Below, one piece after another: positions 44,477 to 46,837 of a stretch of DNA of 46,837 nucleotides; within the stretch, counting starts at the first letter, position 1; each line of letters opens with the position of its first letter. A program made the position numbers and the translations under genes. The stretch covers positions 1-46,837 of the forward strand of contig JACPPN010000226.1 in assembly GCA_016190995.1 (NCBI GenBank), in the 5' to 3' direction. The DNA comes from Acidobacteriota bacterium. GTDB taxonomy: Bacteria; Acidobacteriota; Vicinamibacteria; Vicinamibacterales; JACPPN01. The notes beneath the pieces were generated by a model, which saw only the letters and a list, made by a program, of their open reading frames with translations, did not search any database and had not been told where the DNA came from.

Positions 44477-46837
44477 CTACTCCCGGATCAGGCGCGCGCG
44501 CAGCGTCTCGATGCGGGTGCGCACGCGACCGGCAAGATCGGCATGATCGATGGTGGTGTGCGCGAGAAACTGACGGTAATGCTCGATCGCCGGTGCCACT
44601 TCGCCGGTCTGCTCGTAAAGCAGCGCGAGATTGTAGTGACAGGCCGCGCTGCGCGGGTTGATCTGCAGGGCTCGAAGCAGGGTCTCTCGCGCTTCGTCGC
44701 TTCGCCCCTGCGCCTTCATCGCGAGCGCGAGGTTGATCATGGATTCGATGTTGCGAGGCTCGGCAGCGAGCGCCGCGCGGAACTCTGCGGTGGCTGATTC
44801 CGGATTGCGATCGGCAAGAAGCGCGACGCCGAGATTGTTGTGCGCCTTCCCATAGCGGGGATCGACGAAGATCGCGCGCTGAAATTCGCGGATCGCGCTG
44901 CCCACCATGCCGCGCTCCTGATAGAGGACGCCCAGGTTGTTGTGTGCCTCCGCGTTCAGCTCGTTGCGCGCGATGACGGCGCGATAGTACGCCTGCGCCC
45001 GTTCAAAATCACCGGCGCGCTGGTAATACAGTGCGAGCGCGAAGTCGTCCCTGATGCCGGGCACCGACATGGTGGGATCCGGCGGGGCCGGCGCCGCCGC
45101 CGTCGATGCCGCGGGCCGCGGCGGCATACCGGGCGAGGGCTCTCGCCGATCAGCAGGCGGCCAGGAAGGCGACGGGCTGCCCACCGTCGGCCGCGTGGTG
45201 CGCGCAGGCGCGGCGGGCGGCGTGTCGATTGACGTCCGCGAGGTCCCGTGACGCGCCAACCGCGTCGGCTCCTGCTCCGCATCCGCCGGCTTCGACTGTT
45301 CGGCACGGGCGGATGTTGCCGGTTGACGGCGCGGCGTCCGGCCCGGAGCTGTACGCGGCTCCGCGACCGCCTCGACGGGTCTCTCGGCAAGTGGCTGCTC
45401 GACGCGTGCCGTGCGGCCTGGTTGAGGCGGAACCGGCGCGCCGACCTCGGGCGGCCTGACCATCGGGGGCGCCGCCCGCTCAGCCTCGCGAGTTGCCGTG
45501 CGCTTCGCTTGCGCTGGTTGCGAGGACGGCGTCGCTCGGTCCGCGGCGCGCGGCGGTTCCGGCGTCCTCTCGATGGGCCTCGGACTTGCGACGCTCGGCG
45601 AGCGCGGCGCTGGCGTCGGCACCCGCCGTGCGGCCGACTCCGACGAAGCAGACAGGTGTTCAGGTGGCAGATAGATGTCCGTCCTGCGCGCGCGCGGGCC
45701 CAGCGGCCCTGGTTGCACGCGTGCGGGCGGCGCCGACTTCGATGGCACTGTTGCCGCAGGCCGCGCCTCAGCAGCCAGCTCATCGGGACGTGAGTAGGCG
45801 CTGGCTTTCGGGTTCGGCGTCCCCGGTTTCGCGACTGATATCTCGGCGGCTGACGATGTCGCGGGCAACCCGGCAACCCGATCTTCTGTAGACGCAGGTT
45901 TCGAAGGCGTTGCTGCGGGCTTTGCGGGTTCCGGCGCCAGGTAAATGTCCGTTCGATGCCCAACGATCGCCGTCGTCCCCGGCTGCGTCGGCGCAGGGGC
46001 GGAGCGAGTCGCCACAGGCCTCGCCGGCTCAACGCGTGGGCTCGTCTGCGACGCCGGAACCGAGGGTCTCGCAGCTACCGCTTCCCGCGCAAGATGAACG
46101 TCAGTCGTGCGGGCGCGCCGCGCAGCCGGTCCGGGCTGAGGACGTTGATCCAGCGGGATCGTCCGCTGCGACAGAGCGGCCGCCGGTTCCGGTCGCAAGT
46201 AGATGTCAGTCGTTCGCGCCGATGCACGAGGGAGCCGCGACGGCGCAGGTGTCGCCTGAGCAAGCGGCCCGGCCGCGGCCGGCTTCGAAGGCGCTGCCGC
46301 GGCCTGCTGTGATGAGACTTCCGGCGGCAGTGAAGGCGCCGCTCTGGTGGCAGGCTTCGCCAGCCCGGGAGCCTTGAATGGCTCCGGCGTCAGGTAGATA
46401 TCGTGCGATCGCACCGCCGCTGCCACCCGGCTTTCGGTCGGCTTGGCAGGAGCCGCCGCAGGGGTCGTTCGCGTAGTTCTCGGCTCCGCCGGGCTCACAG
46501 GTTGTGGTGCAGGGACCTTTCGCTCGGCTTCGTAGGGAGGGAGTTCCCGTTGGACGGGAAGCTCGGGCCGGAGGTAGATGTCCGAGCGGCGCGCGATGAT
46601 TGCCGGACCCCTGGCAGGCTTCGACTCACTCCGCGATGCGGAGGGAGGCGCTTCACGCGTTGGCGGTTCGACCGTCGCCGTCTCGGATGGCGTGGGACGA
46701 TAACCCGTGTCGCGCCTCGGCCCCGAAGGGGTGGACGGGGAGGGCCGCGGACCGAGTCGTGCGACACGGCCAACCGCAGGACCGTACATCAGGCGATCGC
46801 GAACCGCCGACACCCCTACCGCCACAACGATCAGGGC
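44477..46837 (-). CDS. Membrane-anchored(?) Pro/Ala-rich repeat protein with C-terminal TPR domain; N-terminus beyond window end
   Basis: Track ORF 44477..46825 starts at GTG, but the frame stays open to nt 46837 (ALIVVAVGVSAV.., a TM-like stretch). The first roughly 590 aa are disordered and P/A/R/T/S-rich, with six RxTDIYLxPE motifs. The C-terminal roughly 190 aa are TPR repeats (..AHNNLGVLYQERG.., ..AHNNLGVALL.., ..CHYNLALLYEQTG..). Confidence 0.75.
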   Translation of the reverse strand, partial: ALIVVAVGVSAVRDRLMYGPAVGRVARLGPRPSPSTPSGPRRDTGYRPTPSETATVEPPTREAPPSASRSESKPARGPAIIARRSDIYLRPELPVQRELPPYEAERKVPAPQPVSPAEPRTTRTTPAAAPAKPTESRVAAAVRSHDIYLTPEPFKAPGLAKPATRAAPSLPPEVSSQQAAAAPSKPAAAGPLAQATPAPSRLPRASARTTDIYLRPEPAAALSQRTIPLDQRPQPGPAARRARTTDVHLAREAVAARPSVPASQTSPRVEPARPVATRSAPAPTQPGTTAIVGHRTDIYLAPEPAKPAATPSKPASTEDRVAGLPATSSAAEISVAKPGTPNPKASAYSRPDELAAEARPAATVPSKSAPPARVQPGPLGPRARRTDIYLPPEHLSASSESAARRVPTPAPRSPSVASPRPIERTPEPPRAADRATPSSQPAQAKRTATREAERAAPPMVRPPEVGAPVPPQPGRTARVEQPLAERPVEAVAEPRTAPGRTPRRQPATSARAEQSKPADAEQEPTRLARHGTSRTSIDTPPAAPARTTRPTVGSPSPSWPPADRREPSPGMPPRPAASTAAAPAPPDPTMSVPGIRDDFALALYYQRAGDFERAQAYYRAVIARNELNAEAHNNLGVLYQERGMVGSAIREFQRAIFVDPRYGKAHNNLGVALLADRNPESATAEFRAALAAEPRNIESMINLALAMKAQGRSDEARETLLRALQINPRSAACHYNLALLYEQTGEVAPAIEHYRQFLAHTTIDHADLAGRVRTRIETLRARLIRE

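Overview
GC-rich bacterial chromosomal segment (roughly two-thirds G+C by eye), densely packed with 37 protein-coding genes. Two of these are cut by the window edges. I found no rRNA, tRNA, CRISPR array, transposase, integrase or phage genes. The protein styles suggest an Acidobacteriota-like soil bacterium, but that is inference only. Those styles are CarboxypepD_reg-type outer-membrane barrels, a sigma-54 two-component system and a long Pro/Ala-rich TPR protein. Most of the window is housekeeping: purine synthesis (purB-purS-purQ-purL and purD-purE), RNA modification (rlmN, mtaB), rpsU, glgC-eno-gpmI, acs and a split acyl-CoA mutase large subunit. Five regions look accessory or unusual. (1) 35.7-41.7 kb holds a GspL/PilM-like anchor, a GspE/PilB-family ATPase and a J-domain protein, with no pilin, platform or secretin genes. 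The ATPase has tandem MshEN-type c-di-GMP motifs and an extra C-terminal double zinc ribbon. A degenerate GGDEF protein with an intact I-site and an excisionase-type HTH is transcribed divergently. This is my best candidate for an undescribed c-di-GMP-controlled module. (2) 11.0-18.2 kb is an envelope-glycan cluster: a STAS protein, a DPPR-synthase-like UbiA prenyltransferase, a coiled-coil poly-Arg protein and four translationally coupled GT4 glycosyltransferases arranged as two paralogue pairs (A-B-B'-A'). (3) 18.2-26.0 kb holds a PDZ-containing polytopic histidine kinase with a sigma-54 response regulator, next to an outer-membrane barrel and secreted-protein operon. (4) A TPR protein carries six copies of an R-x-T-D-I-Y-L-x-P-E motif in a disordered region. 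(5) Two intergenic regions are dense with repeats (34.6-34.8 kb and 44.16-44.48 kb). All functional calls come from motifs read in the translated ORFs; no database search was possible.
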